Shown here piece by piece: positions 39,466 through 52,559 of a stretch of 64,000 nucleotides of DNA. The DNA lies in NCBI RefSeq assembly GCF_001194135.2, contig NC_068984.1, positions 130,723,725 to 130,787,724 on the forward strand. The letters are read 5' to 3'. The translations under genes and the position numbers were made by a program. The stretch comes from Octopus bimaculoides (taxonomy: Eukaryota). Below the pieces are notes generated by a model, which saw only the letters and a program-made list of their open reading frames with translations, made no database searches and was not told the DNA's origin. Position 1 is the stretch's first letter; every line of letters starts with the position of its first letter.

Positions 39466-40123
39466 CCTACCTACCTATCTATCTATCTACCTGTCTACCT
39501 ATCTATCTATCTATTTACACACAAAACTCCTGAACTGTGTACCTTGACAAAATCTCAGTCCCTTGTACAATACAAAATCAAAAGCTAATTTCTATTGGGA
39601 CCCTGTTTTCTTACTTCCTCTCCTTTCCTTTAATCCCTAAGCCTAATCTTCTACTGACCTAAATCTATCAGACAACATTTCAAAATGCTGTGGTTACCTC
39701 TGTTTAGGCAGTAGTGGTAGTGGTCGTAAAATAGCGGTGGTTATGGTTACCTGTTGTTATGCCGCAGTTTGACCTGAATCTGTTCAGTGGGATTTAACAG
39801 TTTATACAGATTTAAACTCCCTTAATTCTAAGATCCTAAGCTTCTACAGTGCGATTGCCCTAAATTTCTGCAAACATTCTGTGTCATTTCATACACATCA
39901 AATGGATGAAATCTTTGATCAGCAACATCTGGGGAATATATATATATATATATATTAATGTTCATCTTTATGTTGAAGTATACTCTTTACTCTTTTATTT
40001 GTTTCAGCCATTTGACTGCGGCCATGCTGGAGCACCGCCTTTAGTTGAGCAATCGACCCCAGGACTTATTCTTTGTAAGCCTAGTACTTATTCTAACAAT
40101 GCAAGTGTAACCATAGTTTAGAC

Positions 40124-40200
40124 CAGTGGTTCTCAACCATCTTTTGCCTACAGACCCCTCTGATTCCTATTTTACTCCAGGGGATTGAGGACAACCCTAA
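40124..40200. mobile_element. Possible hAT MITE terminus
   Basis: CAGTGGTTCTCAAC preceded by GTTTAGAC; the other end was not found. Confidence 0.35.
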
Positions 40201-40221
40201 TAGCCAATCGATGTTGGAAAA

Positions 40222-40520
40222 CTCCTGCGTATTCAGCTCACAATTGTAAGGTTGTGAGTTTGATTCCTGGTGGTGTGTGGTGTCCTTGAGCAAGTCACTT
40301 TATTTCACGGTGCTCCAGTCCAATCAGATGGTAAAATTGAGATGTACCCACATTTCAAAGGACAAGTTTTGTCACATTGTGTCACACTGAATATCTCTGA
40401 GAACTACATTAAGGGTACGTGTGTCTGTAGAGTGCTCAGCCAATTTCACGAGAAGAAGGCTGTTCTGTTGCTCAGATCAAAATAGAACCCTTGCTGTCAT
40501 AACCAACAGGGTGCCAGTTC
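40222..40520 (+). mobile_element. OR2-like SINE, degenerate
   Basis: Similar to 6281-6590. Confidence 0.65.
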
Positions 40521-41008
40521 TTTTTATATCATCATCATCCTTTAACGTCCGTTTTCCATGCTAGCATGGGTTGAATGGTTTGGCATGAGCTGGCCAGCTG
40601 AAGAACTGCCCAGGCTCCATGTCTGTTTTGGCATGGTTCCTCCAGTTGGATGCCCTTCCTAATGCCAACCACTTTACAAAGGGTACTGGGTACTTTTACA
40701 CAGCACCGGCACAGGTATGTTTACATAGCAGCAGCATGGCTGCTTTTTACGTGGCACCAGTACCCATGAGCCAACAAGATTAGGAACACTCAACTGGAGA
40801 AGGATGCAGGGGACATGTCTGTATTCAAGGATAACAATGCTTATACTTAGCCTGATGTGTCTTCTCAAGCACAGCAAACCGCCAGGAGTCTCGGTCCCCC
40901 GTCATTCCTTCTGAGTCCCAACATCTGCAGGCCCTTATGATTAAATATTATTAGGAATTGTATGAAAAAAATGTTTAAATATTTTGTGTATTGTAGAAGT
41001 ATAACCAA

Positions 41009-41014
41009 TTTATT
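41009..41014 (-). promoter_or_regulatory. Candidate polyadenylation signal of PRPF6 (AATAAA)
   Basis: AATAAA on the minus strand about 580 nt after the stop, at the end of a repeat-free U/G-rich stretch. Confidence 0.35.
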
Positions 41015-41591
41015 GGATATAAATTTTAGCAATAAAATCTTATATGGACCCTCGTTGAGAACCATTAATTTAGACAGAAGTATAACATGCTAACTACAGT
41101 AAAAACTCTTACATAACAGGTATAACTACAGTACGACATAACACAGGTATAAGCTATAAAACAAACTCTAAATTTAACATAACAACACAACAGAATCAAT
41201 ATATACATCACCACAGTACAAACTCAAAATTTAACACAAATATAAGCAAAAGAAAGAAGACATAACAATTTAAATCCATCTTAAATACATTGACTTTAAT
41301 CTTTCCTGAAGTATGATGATAATATTTACAGAATGAACATTCAACCATTGAATGGAATTTCTGGAACACCAGAAGTATACATGAAGGCCACAGCTAACTC
41401 TTATCCATGTGATCTCTACGAGAGATTAGTGGCCGGGTGAAAAGGACCAGGGGGGGCAGATGAAGTAACATATCAATATGTTGGAATAATGAATTTAATA
41501 TTTCTAGTTGTTGAGAGAAAGTGAATGTATTGATAGAGTCTATCCATTTAACAAAGAAAATAAAAATCTGATTGTATGATGTCGGTAAGTA

Positions 41592-41744
41592 TCAGTTGGG
41601 GATAGGAATTGCAGCACTGGTCAACAATAACACCTCTGAGGTTTTCAGACGCCAATTAGCAATGTCTTTCGATACTTTACACCATTGTTCACCATGACGA
41701 GGTTCAGCATTGATACACCGTTTCTTGACATCTTCTTTCTGATC
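41592..41744 (-). CDS. PRPF6: PRPF6 last coding exon ([21 protein letters not shown]...AIPIPN*)
   Basis: atttag acceptor, TGA at 41594-41592, 153 nt; matches the C-terminal AEPRHGE.W motif. Confidence 0.94.
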   Translation of the reverse strand, partial: DQKEDVKKRCINAEPRHGEQWCKVSKDIANWRLKTSEVLLLTSAAIPIPN

Positions 41745-43732
41745 CTAAATAATAATAATAATGATAATAATAATAATAATGTAAAAAAAAAGTAGAGCTT
41801 ATATACTCTTGTATCAACATATTGGCTAAACAACAGATATTTATTGTAAATAAAAGACATGGCTCTGTGTGCGTGTGTGTGTCTGTGGTTAAGAAGCTTG
41901 CTTTGCAGCCATGTGGTTTTGGGTTCAGCCCCACTGCATAGCAATTTGAGCAAATGTCTGACCTGTTCTTGTGAATGAATTTGGTAAATGGAATTTGTGT
42001 GGAAGCTAGTCATATATATGCGTATGTGTGTGTGTGTGTGTTGTTTCTTTGGAGAAAGCACCAGGAAGGGCATCCAGCAGTAGAAACTATGCCAAATGAG
42101 ACATAGAACCTGGTGGAGCCCTCTGGCTCGTTTGTTCTTGTCAAACTGTCCAATCCATGCCAGCATGGAAAAAAATGGATGTTAAATGTTAAATGCATCT
42201 ATGGTTGTCCTCTCCACACTGCTTAACAACTGGTGTGGCTTGTTTACATCGCCATAACTTAGAAACTGATAGAATAAGTATCAGACTTTAAAACAAAATT
42301 AAATACTGGAAGATTTTAGCTGACCAAATGACCACAATCCAATGATTGAAACACATAAAAAGTAAAAAGATAAAGCATCTTTTTCTCAGACATTACCCAG
42401 AAATCAAACCCTTAACACTGCTGCCCAACTATTGGGGTTTTTCCCAGTAGTTTTACAACCACAATTTTCCATGCTAACAAATAGGAGTTGGGTATAAAAA
42501 AACCAAATGCTTTTACAACTGGACAGTTTTCTGAGTGCAAACCAATCGACTGTGGAGTCACTGTAATATCTGTTGTCAGAATTATACATTGTTTTCCCCC
42601 AGACACAAAAAAAATTGCAATAGTAAGATTTGAAAGTATAAGTGTCTGGTTAGTTTTAGTTTTTCACATAGTATTTTATCATCCATTCATGTTGCATATC
42701 TCTACCAGTGCATTGGATTTTTTTCTCCCCTCGTGCATATATAAACTGATACCTCTAGTACCCAGCTGCCACCTCTCTCTCATAAAGTGCATTTCATGTA
42801 TTGTGCATCCTTTATCATTTATTTGATTCTATCACTGGACTGCAGCCATGCTGGGGCACTGCCTTGAAGTGTTTTAGTTGAGCAAATCAACTCCAGTACT
42901 TCCTTTTTGTTTGTTTTTAAGCCTAGTATTGTTCCATCTTCTGCTGAACAGCTAAGTTATGGTGACGTAAACAAACCAACACCAGTTGTCAAGGCAGGGG
43001 TGGAGGACGTAAATGAACCAGCACCAGTTGGCAAGTAGTGGTGGAAGATAACAAAAACATTACATATCTTCTGTGTCATTCTCATCTTATTTCCTCTCCA
43101 GCCTCCAGAGATTATCCATATTTAATGTTCATGTTTCACTGTTATGTGGATTCATCATTGCCCTCATTTAACGTCCACCTTTCCCTGCTTGCACAGGTTG
43201 AACAGAATTTGTTCAAAGCGGAGGTTTTCTATGGTTGGATGCCTTTCCTGTTGCTAACCCTCACCTGTTTCCAAGCAAGGTAATATTCCCTCATGGCCAA
43301 ATGAGTTCTCATAGAATATTGGAAATGAACAACACCGCCTGTATGACAGTAACACTCATTTACAACTACCACACGATGTCATGACAAGGATATATAAACA
43401 TGCACAGACACACACACATATACACCATAGGTTTCTTTCAGTTTCCGTCCATCAAATCCACTCATGAGGCTTTGGTTGACCCAGAGCTATCGTAGAAGAA
43501 ACTGGCACAAAGTGCCATACAATGGGACTGAACCCAGGACCATGCGGTTGGGAAGCAAATTTCTTAACCACACAACCATACCTACATTTATACTAATATT
43601 TTCCTTACAATTAAATCAAACACTAATTAACAGGTTATAACCATTGTTTACAGTATATAGCTCTATTCTCACAGTGTGATTATCACCAGAGTTGGCCAGC
43701 TCAGACAACATTCTCTAATGAAACCTTCTTAC

Positions 43733-43859
43733 CTCAGTGCCATGGATGGATTCAAATTTATAGAAATAAGCCCAGGCATCGCCTAGATCAGGGTCAATCT
43801 TTACTGTTCTGTTGAACCATTCTCTGGCTTTTGTGATTCTTCGTTCTGTCCAAAACAAC
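43733..43859 (-). CDS. PRPF6: PRPF6 exon ([20 protein letters not shown]...HGTE)
   Basis: ctgcag acceptor, GTAAGA donor, 127 nt. Confidence 0.96.
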
Positions 43860-44272
43860 CTGCAGGAAATACATGAAAACACAGAATTTGTAGGGCAGGA
43901 ATAGCTGTAGAGGTGGTAGTGGTGGTGGTGGAAGGGTATATAGAACATCAATAATGGTGATAGTGGAGGAAGCGGTATTGTATACAGAGTAATAATGATG
44001 ATAAAAAGTTGTGGTGTATGACATGCCTCATTCTATCTATATTACATAGATAGAATGTCACCTCTAGGCTGAAACAGCTGTAAGACATTGTCCTTTCTTC
44101 GGTCATTAGATGGCCTTTTTAATTTTTATTACTGATATGACATAATATGTCACATGTGTTTGTATATTGCTTTTATTGCCCTGTCCTCTTAGTTGAAAAA
44201 TAAACAGGCAAATTGGCATAATACAATGTCTGCAAGTTGATGAATACCACATATTCCCGTCCATTTTCTTAT

Positions 44273-44357
<85 letters not shown>

Positions 44358-44360
<3 letters not shown>

Positions 44361-44741
44361 GAGGCGCAATGGCCCAGTGGTTAGGGCAGCGGACCCACGG
44401 TCATAGGATTGCGGTTTCGATTCCCAGACCGGGCGTTGTGAGTGTTTATTGAGCGAAAACACCTAAAGCTCCACGAGGCTCCGACAGGGGATGGTGGCGA
44501 ACCCTGCTGTACTCTTTCCCCACAACTTTCTCTCACTCTTACTTCCTGTTTCTGTTGTACCTGTAATTCAAAGGGTCAGCCTTGTCACACTGTGTCACGC
44601 TGAATATCCCCGAGAACTACGTTAAGGGTACACATGTCTGTGGAGTGCTCAGCCACTTGCACGTTAATTTCACGAGCAGGCTGTTCCGTTGATCAGATCA
44701 ACTGGAACCCTCGACGTCGTAAGCAATGGAGTGCCAACAAC
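44358..44741 (+). mobile_element. OR1-like SINE, full length (PRPF6 intron)
   Basis: Near-identical to 1437-1823. Confidence 0.85.
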
Positions 44742-45043
44742 ATAGTAATAATAGAAATGATGGTGACAGTATATATGAAGTAAGAGTAGTGGTGGATTTG
44801 ATGACGGTAGTGTATATAAAGTAATCACGGTGATCTCATTTACAGAAAGAGCAACAACAACAATAATGATGATGAAAGAAGGTCAAACAGTAGAAAATAG
44901 ACTTAGAGAAAACTGGAAGTGTGGGAAGGGATTTCTGGATCTGAAGACACCATAAAGATAAAGGAAAAAAATAAGAAAACCCCACTCTCATCCAATCAAA
45001 TAAAAATTACCCTGAATATGACAACAAAAGCCAGTTCACTTAC

Positions 45044-45182
45044 TTGGAGACAGCAAGCAAGACATGGGGGTCATGTTCGCATCTCTTGAGGGCGTCGACA
45101 GAATTAGTTTTCCGCTGGGGACGAGGTTCCATGAAGATGGACTCTGCCCACAAGATTCCTGCACTTGTACAGTCTTGTTTGG
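45044..45182 (-). CDS. PRPF6: PRPF6 exon ([47 protein letters not shown])
   Basis: tcacag acceptor, GTAAGT donor, 139 nt; this frame is not in the ORF track. Confidence 0.93.
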
Positions 45183-45536
45183 CTGTGATTTAGGGAAGAC
45201 AAAAAAACAAAATAGAGTTAAGTTTTACAGCAAATGTCAAGGGTAGGAACTTTCCATTGACAAACCTCCTCCATATTGACTCTGAGGGCTTAACCTGCTA
45301 GAAATAACAGGGAAATGTCCCTCAAATCACAATTTACCATCTTTAACCCTTTAGCATTCAGATTACTATATAATACTTACATATTTACATTATTTTGAAT
45401 TACTCATGGATGGCTTTGAGATTTCAATGATGTGATTGTTTATTTTTAGAATGACATGCAAGGTAGGTGTAAGAGGCCAGAACCCACAACCTCATGATCA
45501 TAAGCTCGACGCTCTAACCACTGAGCCATGCACCTT

Positions 45537-45588
<52 letters not shown>

Positions 45589-45687
45589 CATAATTTAATG
45601 TCTGCATTTCATGGTGGCCTGTATAGGGCAGTTTGACAAGGAACTGACAAACTGCAGGGCTGTGGCAAGCTCCAAAGTCATACTACT

Positions 45688-45755
<68 letters not shown>

Positions 45756-47298
45756 TGATGAGCATCATGCCATTTCCTTCATAAGGAATTAGTTGGCTTT
45801 GTGAATGAATAATGTAATCATAAATACATCATCAACACAACTGAATGTTTGTCTTCTGTGCTGGCAGGGGTTTGATGGTTTGACAGGATCCTGCAAATCC
45901 AGACTGCACCATGTTCCAAAGTTTCCTATGGAATGGTTTCTACAGTTGGCTGCTCTTTCCTAATGCTAACCACTTTACAGAGTGCACTGGGTGCCTTTTC
46001 ATGACACGGACACTACTGAAGTAGCAAAGTAACTTACAAAAGAAAGAAAAAGAGAAAGAAGAAAACACCACGAGGGATAGGCATAGGTGTCTTGCTATAG
46101 AAGAGATACATGGCTACTTCACATTATATTTTCTTTTGAGTATTGTGAGTTACAAGTTGAAACACTGTTGTCACTTCTATCAAATAAAAGGTGAGAAATT
46201 TCTGACCACCGGTCTGCTAGATCAGGGCAGAACTAAACTGAACAACAACAGTTGAACTTTTTCCAGTAGGATCTTTATCACCAAAATATAATACAGGTTA
46301 ATAATGATAACAAGACTGTTGCTAAGAAAATATGGAATTTCATTCTTTCATTTCTGAGATAAGTTATCATTACTGACAGAAAAAGACATTATTTAATTTG
46401 TTAATCTCAAATTTTCTGCCTTTGTTTTTGTTTAAGTTATATAAAAAAAAAATTTTTAAATGCCTCAACCATGTTAAAGAAGTAAAGATACATGAGTTAA
46501 TGTAGTCCTAATTATACATCATCATCAGCAGCCTCAATTGATTTCCATGTTTCCATGCTTGCAAAGGTCAGATAGAATATGTTAAAGTAGATGTTTGATA
46601 ACCTTATGTCTTTCCTGTTGCTAGCTCTCACCAGTCTCCAAGGAAGACTGAACATCATTACTTGTATGATGGTGATTCTCATTTGCAATCCCAACCCATG
46701 CCAGCATGGACAACAGACGTTAAATGATGTCAAACACACACACACACATGATGGGCTTCTTTTACTATTTGTCCACAAATCCACTCACATGGCTTTGATT
46801 GACCCAGGGTTATAGTAGAAGCCACTTGCCCAAGATGCTGCACAGTGGAATTAAATCTAGGACCATGTTGTTGGGAATCAAGCTTCTTAATGGCATAGAC
46901 AATCTTGTGCCTATACCAAAAGAAAAAACAAATTTTCAAGACAATGAGAAGATCATAGCTAGAACGCTTTTGTTCATATATCTGCTCAGTCAAGTTTGAC
47001 CTGAGTTAGACAAGCACAATTCAGTTTCTTTGATGTGACAGAGACACACAACGTGAAATTGAAGACTTACTAAAGCTGATAGAAAATAGAGATTCTTGGT
47101 ACAGCATGGTGAAATGCATCTTAGTTGCCACTTATTTTAAGAAGATGATTAATGAATGTCATTTTCATAGTTTTAACATCTACTTATCCATTCTTGCATG
47201 GGTCAGATGAAAACTTCATTAAGATAGAATTTTCAAAAACCAAACGCTTCAGATCGTGGTGAGGCATTTGCCTTGGATGGGGAGGTAGTGTAAAGATT

Positions 47299-47349
47299 GC
47301 TCACCACAGTCATGTAGCTCACCACAGTCATGTAGCTCACCACAGTCAT
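47299..47349. repeat. 18-bp tandem repeat x2.8
   Basis: GCTCACCACAGTCATGTA. Confidence 0.9.
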
Positions 47350-47979
47350 AAAGAGAAAAGAGCTTGGGTGTCTTACCACAAAATACCTGTTTGACCAGGG
47401 CTGACCTGGAACTAAACAACAATATCATATTATTTTGTTGGCCACAGAAGGATGGAAAGCAAAGTCCTTCTTCCCATGACATGAAATGTAACTAACACAT
47501 GTAACTGTTGGTGCTTGTGAGTGTGTATGAACGTATGTTTGTCTCGATGTTGCTTTACATTGACTCTACTTGAGTATTAGTGATATGTTTATGTCCTGCA
47601 TAAGCAAACAGTCCAACAGTTATGTGGTTTGATGTGCAAAGATGTGGAATAAAGTACTCTATTCAGCCACTGAATATTGCCTCAAGAAATATCTCACACA
47701 ACCTTATGCTAGCATGGGAAAACCAAACATAAAAACGATGAAGATGATGATGATGTGTGTCTGTGTGTGTGTTTGTGGGGGGAGTTGAAGCTGGGGTGGT
47801 GAGGCCACTGAAATTCTAATTCATTAAGATTTTCCTAATGGACAGAGAAGGAAAACAAAACCCTAGTGGCAATTGTTAGCAACTCTGAATTAGAAGGGGA
47901 GATAATTTCAGGAAATATTTTTCCTGTTTTTATATTTGTCCATACATACATACACACACACATACATACAATGTGTGTG

Positions 47980-48018
<39 letters not shown>

Positions 48019-48306
48019 ATGCGTGCGTGCGTGTTTATTTATTTATTTAGGTGCAAGAGTGGGTGTGAAGTTAAGAAGTTTGCTTCCCAGTCATATGGCT
48101 TTAGGTTCTGTACTACTGCGTGGCACCTGTTTAATGACAGGAAGAGCGTCCAACTGTAAGACAGTGCATCAATAATATATTCAGCTAATTCATGTGCCAG
48201 AAGGGAAAATAGATGTAAAATAAATGAACAAATACAGGTACACAAACACACATGCAAGAAAAAGCCAAGGAAAACAAAGGGAGACAGAAAAAATAGAAAG
48301 AAATAC

Positions 48307-48374
48307 CTTTAGCCATAAGAGTCTGCGCAATGTTCTTTAGGGAAGCACGATTCTCAACACGGATTGCTTCCAAC
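48307..48374 (-). CDS. PRPF6: PRPF6 exon (LEAIRVENRASLKNIAQTLMAK)
   Basis: ttccag acceptor, GTATTT donor, 68 nt. Confidence 0.94.
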
Positions 48375-49284
48375 CTGGAAATAGACATTTAAGGAATACA
48401 ACATTCAATATGTGAGATGAGACAAGAATGTCTATAAGAGATGTAATGGTAGAAGTTGGCAGAGCAGAGTGGTGAGGATTTACAATAGTAGTGGATGGCA
48501 GCTAGAGTAGAGGAAAATCATAAAGACATGGATCTGATGATCCAAGATGGTAGCAAGAATACAGGTAGGCTATGGTAGGATGGTAATGTTATATTGGTAA
48601 GTATTAAGTAGATTACAGGGTAGGTCATGTGACAGTGGTGAAGGCACATGACCTAGTGGTTAAAGCATTGCACTCATGATCACAAGATCATGGTTTCAAG
48701 TCCTGAACCAGATGGTGCATTGTGTTCTTGAGCAAAACGCTTTATTTTCCATTGCCCCAGTCCAGTCAGGTGTAAATGAGTAACTTTATGATAGACTGGC
48801 ATCCCAATCAATGGGAATGTTGTGATCTGGGTCACTTATACACCATGAAAACCAAGTAACTGGCCCTATCAGTCTTAGGACTCAAGACAGTACATGTGAA
48901 GGTGGTAGGTGGGTAGTTAAAGCAGTGGTGGTAGGTCATGGTGGAATAGATGTGTGATGGTAATGAATAAAAACTACAGAAAAAGCTGTTGTTCTTTAAC
49001 TCCATGGAAAGGAGTATGGAACTACAAAAGGCTGAACATGACTGCTTTACATAGTCACTCAAGCTGCTAGAAATAACAGCTAAATCTTCCCCAAATGACA
49101 ACCTACTGGGTCAATGGAAAGGCATAATGGATACTATAGTCTTTATATTTTCTGTCTGTAAAAAGGAGGAGTTAGTCACGTCTGGAAAGCATTTGATCCA
49201 AGTTCAGGGCAGACCTAAACAATGAAAACAACAGCAACTCTGCAATAAACAAGAGTGTTGTAGTTTGCTTGAAGCATTGTGATA

Positions 49285-49471
49285 CAGAAGTAGAATAATA
49301 TACAAAAAAAAAAAAAAATAAGGGGATGTTCTTACAATGCAAAGAGAAAAGTTGAAAAACCTTTATATTTTATATATTTCAAGCACAAAAGCTCATCATC
49401 AGGTTTTTCAACTTTCCTCTTAGAATTGTAAGAAGTTCTTCTTTTGTTTTTTGTTCATTATTCTACTTCTG
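49285..49471 (-). repeat. Long imperfect inverted repeat enclosing a hammerhead-like core
   Basis: ~75-bp arms with a perfect 15-bp inner segment; the minus strand centre reads CTGATGA-T-GAGC-TTTTGT-GCTT-GAAA. Confidence 0.65.
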
Positions 49472-49512
49472 CAATAAACAGATTCTCAAAGTGTATAGAT
49501 TAATGAACTTAC

Positions 49513-49646
49513 CATAAATCTGGTGAATGAGAATTCTTTAATCTGGCCTTCTCCAGGATGGAACGGGCTTTAATCAGCTGACCGGCTTTTTCCTCCAGTC
49601 GAGACAGTAACAACCAAAGTGGTATGGCATTTGGGCATTTCTTTAA
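49513..49646 (-). CDS. PRPF6: PRPF6 exon ([20 protein letters not shown]...SPDLW)
   Basis: cttcag acceptor, GTAAGT donor, 134 nt. Confidence 0.95.
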
Positions 49647-49774
49647 CTGAAGTGACCAGTACAGAATAACATGAGTGAACACGATTGAGTAGGAGGTAAA
49701 GAAGTGGACAAAGATTATGTGTATGTGTGTGGGTGTGTAGTAACAACACATCTGGAAAATGGTGTCATGTGTGT

Positions 49775-50165
49775 GTGTGATAGCAACAATATGCTTAGGA
49801 CAAGGAAAACTAAGTGTGACAGCAACAACGGGATTAAGTCATGGCACAGTGTATGTGATGGTAACAATATTTTTAGGATATGGAACAGTGTGTGTGACAA
49901 CAAAAACAGGATTAGGACATGGAACAGTGTATGCCAATGATAGCAATGAAATTTAGGACATGGAATAGTATATGTGTGATAGCAACAATATTTTGGACAT
50001 TTAATAGTGTGTGAGATATCATCAATAGGGTTATGACATGGAATAGTGTGTGTGTGCGTTTGTGTGTGTTTAGGACTTTGGTTGTGATAGCAACAAAATG
50101 TTAAGAACACAGAGTAGTTCCAGCATGTATGTTTCGATATAGTTGTGTGTATGTGATAGTAACAT
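49775..50165. repeat. Degenerate ~38-bp minisatellite, about 9-10 units
   Basis: Unit resembles GTGTGATAGCAACAATATTTAGGACATGGAATAGTGT. Confidence 0.75.
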
Positions 50166-50395
50166 TTGTTTAGGACACAAAGTGATGAGGGTCTTGCTAG
50201 TAACATGTGTTCAGAGCAATGAGTGACAACAAGTTTCAGATTATATATTTTAAGACAACTGATAACAACAGTTTGTTTATACAATTGGAATTTACTCTTT
50301 GACTATGCAGACGTATTACAGAAAAATGGAACAGACAGTAAAGCTGAGGTCTCAGTGAGAAATTACACATCAAAGAAGCATTAAGGTATAGTTAC

Positions 50396-50470
50396 CCCTT
50401 GGTTGTAAGCCTCTCTGGCTATACTTATGTTACTCCGCTGTTCCTCAATTTGACCTTTCATCATCCACAA
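50396..50470 (-). CDS. PRPF6: PRPF6 exon (LWMMKGQIEEQRSNISIAREAYNQG)
   Basis: ttttag acceptor, GTAACT donor, 75 nt; not in ORF track. Confidence 0.94.
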
Positions 50471-50704
50471 CTAAAAAAGACAAAAAGAATAATTATGAGG
50501 GTTAATTAGGATTCACATTGACCAACTAATTTCTAGGGAATTAAATTTTTTTGGTTTCTCATTTGGTAACCAGAGACTGGTAACAAAATAGAAAATAAGG
50601 ATTACTTTTATACTGATGTGAATCTGCATTGGCAGGGTGTAATGTATGTGATCGTCACATTTGTATGAGTGAATCTATGTGTGCGTGTGTACATGTTTAT
50701 AAGT

Positions 50705-51030
50705 GTGAAGGTGCGTGGCTTAGTGGTCAGGGTATCTGGCTCACAACTGTAAGGTCATGAGTTCAAATCCCAGGAGCGCATTATGTTCTTGAGCAAGACA
50801 CTTTATTTTATGTTGCTCCATTCCACTGAGCTGGCAAAAGATGAGCTGTACTTGTAGTTCAAAGAGCCAGCCTTGCAATATTCTGTGTCATGCTGAATTT
50901 CCATGAGAACTATGTTAAGGGTACATGAATCTGTGGAGTGTTCAGCCACATGCATGTTAATTTCATAAGCAGGCTGTTTCATTGATCAGATCAACTGGAA
51001 CCCTCGTCATTGTAACTGACAGAGTGTCAG
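50705..51030 (+). mobile_element. OR2-like SINE, degenerate
   Basis: Similar to 6281-6590. Confidence 0.7.
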
Positions 51031-51084
51031 TATATTTACATCACTGTGTGTATGTGTGTAATGTATATTGCTAAAGAAGTGTGT

Positions 51085-51316
51085 TATTTCTTTACTACCC
51101 ACAAGGGGCTACACACAGAGGGGACAAACAAGGACAGACAAACGGATTAAATCGATTATATCGACCCCAGTGCGTAATTGGTACTTATTTAATCGACCCC
51201 GAAAGGATAAAAGGCAAAGTCGACCTCGGCGGAATTTGAACTCAGAACGTAGCGGGCAGACGAAATACCGCTAAGCATTTCGCCCGGTGTGCTAACGGTT
51301 CTGCCAGCTCGCCGCC
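51085..51316 (-). mobile_element. tRNA-derived SINE with GAGGTCGACTTTGCCTTTTATCCTTTCGGGGTCGA core (Meta/Sauria-type domain), young copy
   Basis: Perfect 18-bp TSD ATTGCTAAAGAAGTGTGT; the domain name is from recall. Confidence 0.8.
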
Positions 51317-51948
51317 ATTGCTAAAGAAGTGTGTATTTGCATCTAACTACTCAGATTCTGTTTTTAATTTTGTTTTTACTGTATGTGTGGTGCAGTTGGT
51401 GAATGTTAAAAGCATGGAACTCACATAATTGGTAGCAAGATGGTCAAAATATCATGTTGCAAATAATTGCTTTCCTTTGCATTGAGAGTTCAAATCCCAC
51501 CATTGACTTGGCCGTTCATCTTAGAGATAAATTAAAGAACATGCCAAATGCAAGGGTCAATTTAATCAACTATATCTTTTCTAAAATTTGAGGTTTTATG
51601 CCTTTATCAGAAATCGATGCATATTAATGTGCTTCCAGCATATATATATATATTTATGTGTGTGTGTGTGTGTGTATGCATGTGTGGATATATTTGTGTG
51701 TATATATGAGAAGTGTGTATATTGGCTGTCTGACCTCTTTGAAAGTCTGATAGATCTGTCATTTTAATGAATTTTAATTATCTTTTTCTGATGATATCTG
51801 AAAAGAATCAGCAATTTTAGCAAAACATATTAAGCAACACTAATAATAAATTAAAAAGTATAAAAATAAACAAGCTTTTGATGGTTTTATAGATATTTCA
51901 AAATTATGATGCTATGATGCTAGGTGTTTCCATTATTTTGTCCAACAC

Positions 51949-51986
<38 letters not shown>

Positions 51987-52038
51987 AGAAAGCGGGGAAG
52001 AGAATGAGACACACACATATACAGATGGACTGACAAAC

Positions 52039-52140
52039 CTTAGCAAAGTCAGGGTAGTGTTTGACAGCTTCTTCCAGCAATAGCTTGGCATTGTCAATCT
52101 CTCCAAGACACCATTCCAACTTCACTGACTTCATCATCAC
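52039..52140 (-). CDS. PRPF6: PRPF6 exon ([14 protein letters not shown]...YPDFAK)
   Basis: ttgtag acceptor, GTTTGT donor, 102 nt. Confidence 0.95.
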
Positions 52141-52559
52141 CTACAACAGAGAAAGAACAGTTGTCACTTAGATTGATCCAATACAGCCTAACTACTACCA
52201 ACCCTAACCCCAAACAGATTACTTGGCATTTAGACAGACACAAGATAATCTACCTTTATGATCCCAATAAGAAAATTATGTACTATTATTTAGACTGAGA
52301 CAACAAATTAACATACCACCCCATTCCCACCCAAAACAGGGATAATCCAAACTGGCCTTGTATAACTACTAAAAGTGGACTCCCAACATTTAAAAAGTGC
52401 TGTTATTTCTATCATAAGGGCTATCTTTGTAGCAATGTGGTGGCTTTTGGGCCTCAATGTCTCTGGTAGCTTTAGATGCAAGATAGATGAAAGGCTAGAG
52501 GCCAGACCAATATAGAGCACCTCTTTCTAGAGATAAAAATGGGTTTGCATAGGGCCAAC

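Noticed and set aside
47299-47349. Short direct repeats as a possible CRISPR-like array
   Set aside because: Contiguous tandem repeat without spacers, in a eukaryotic intron
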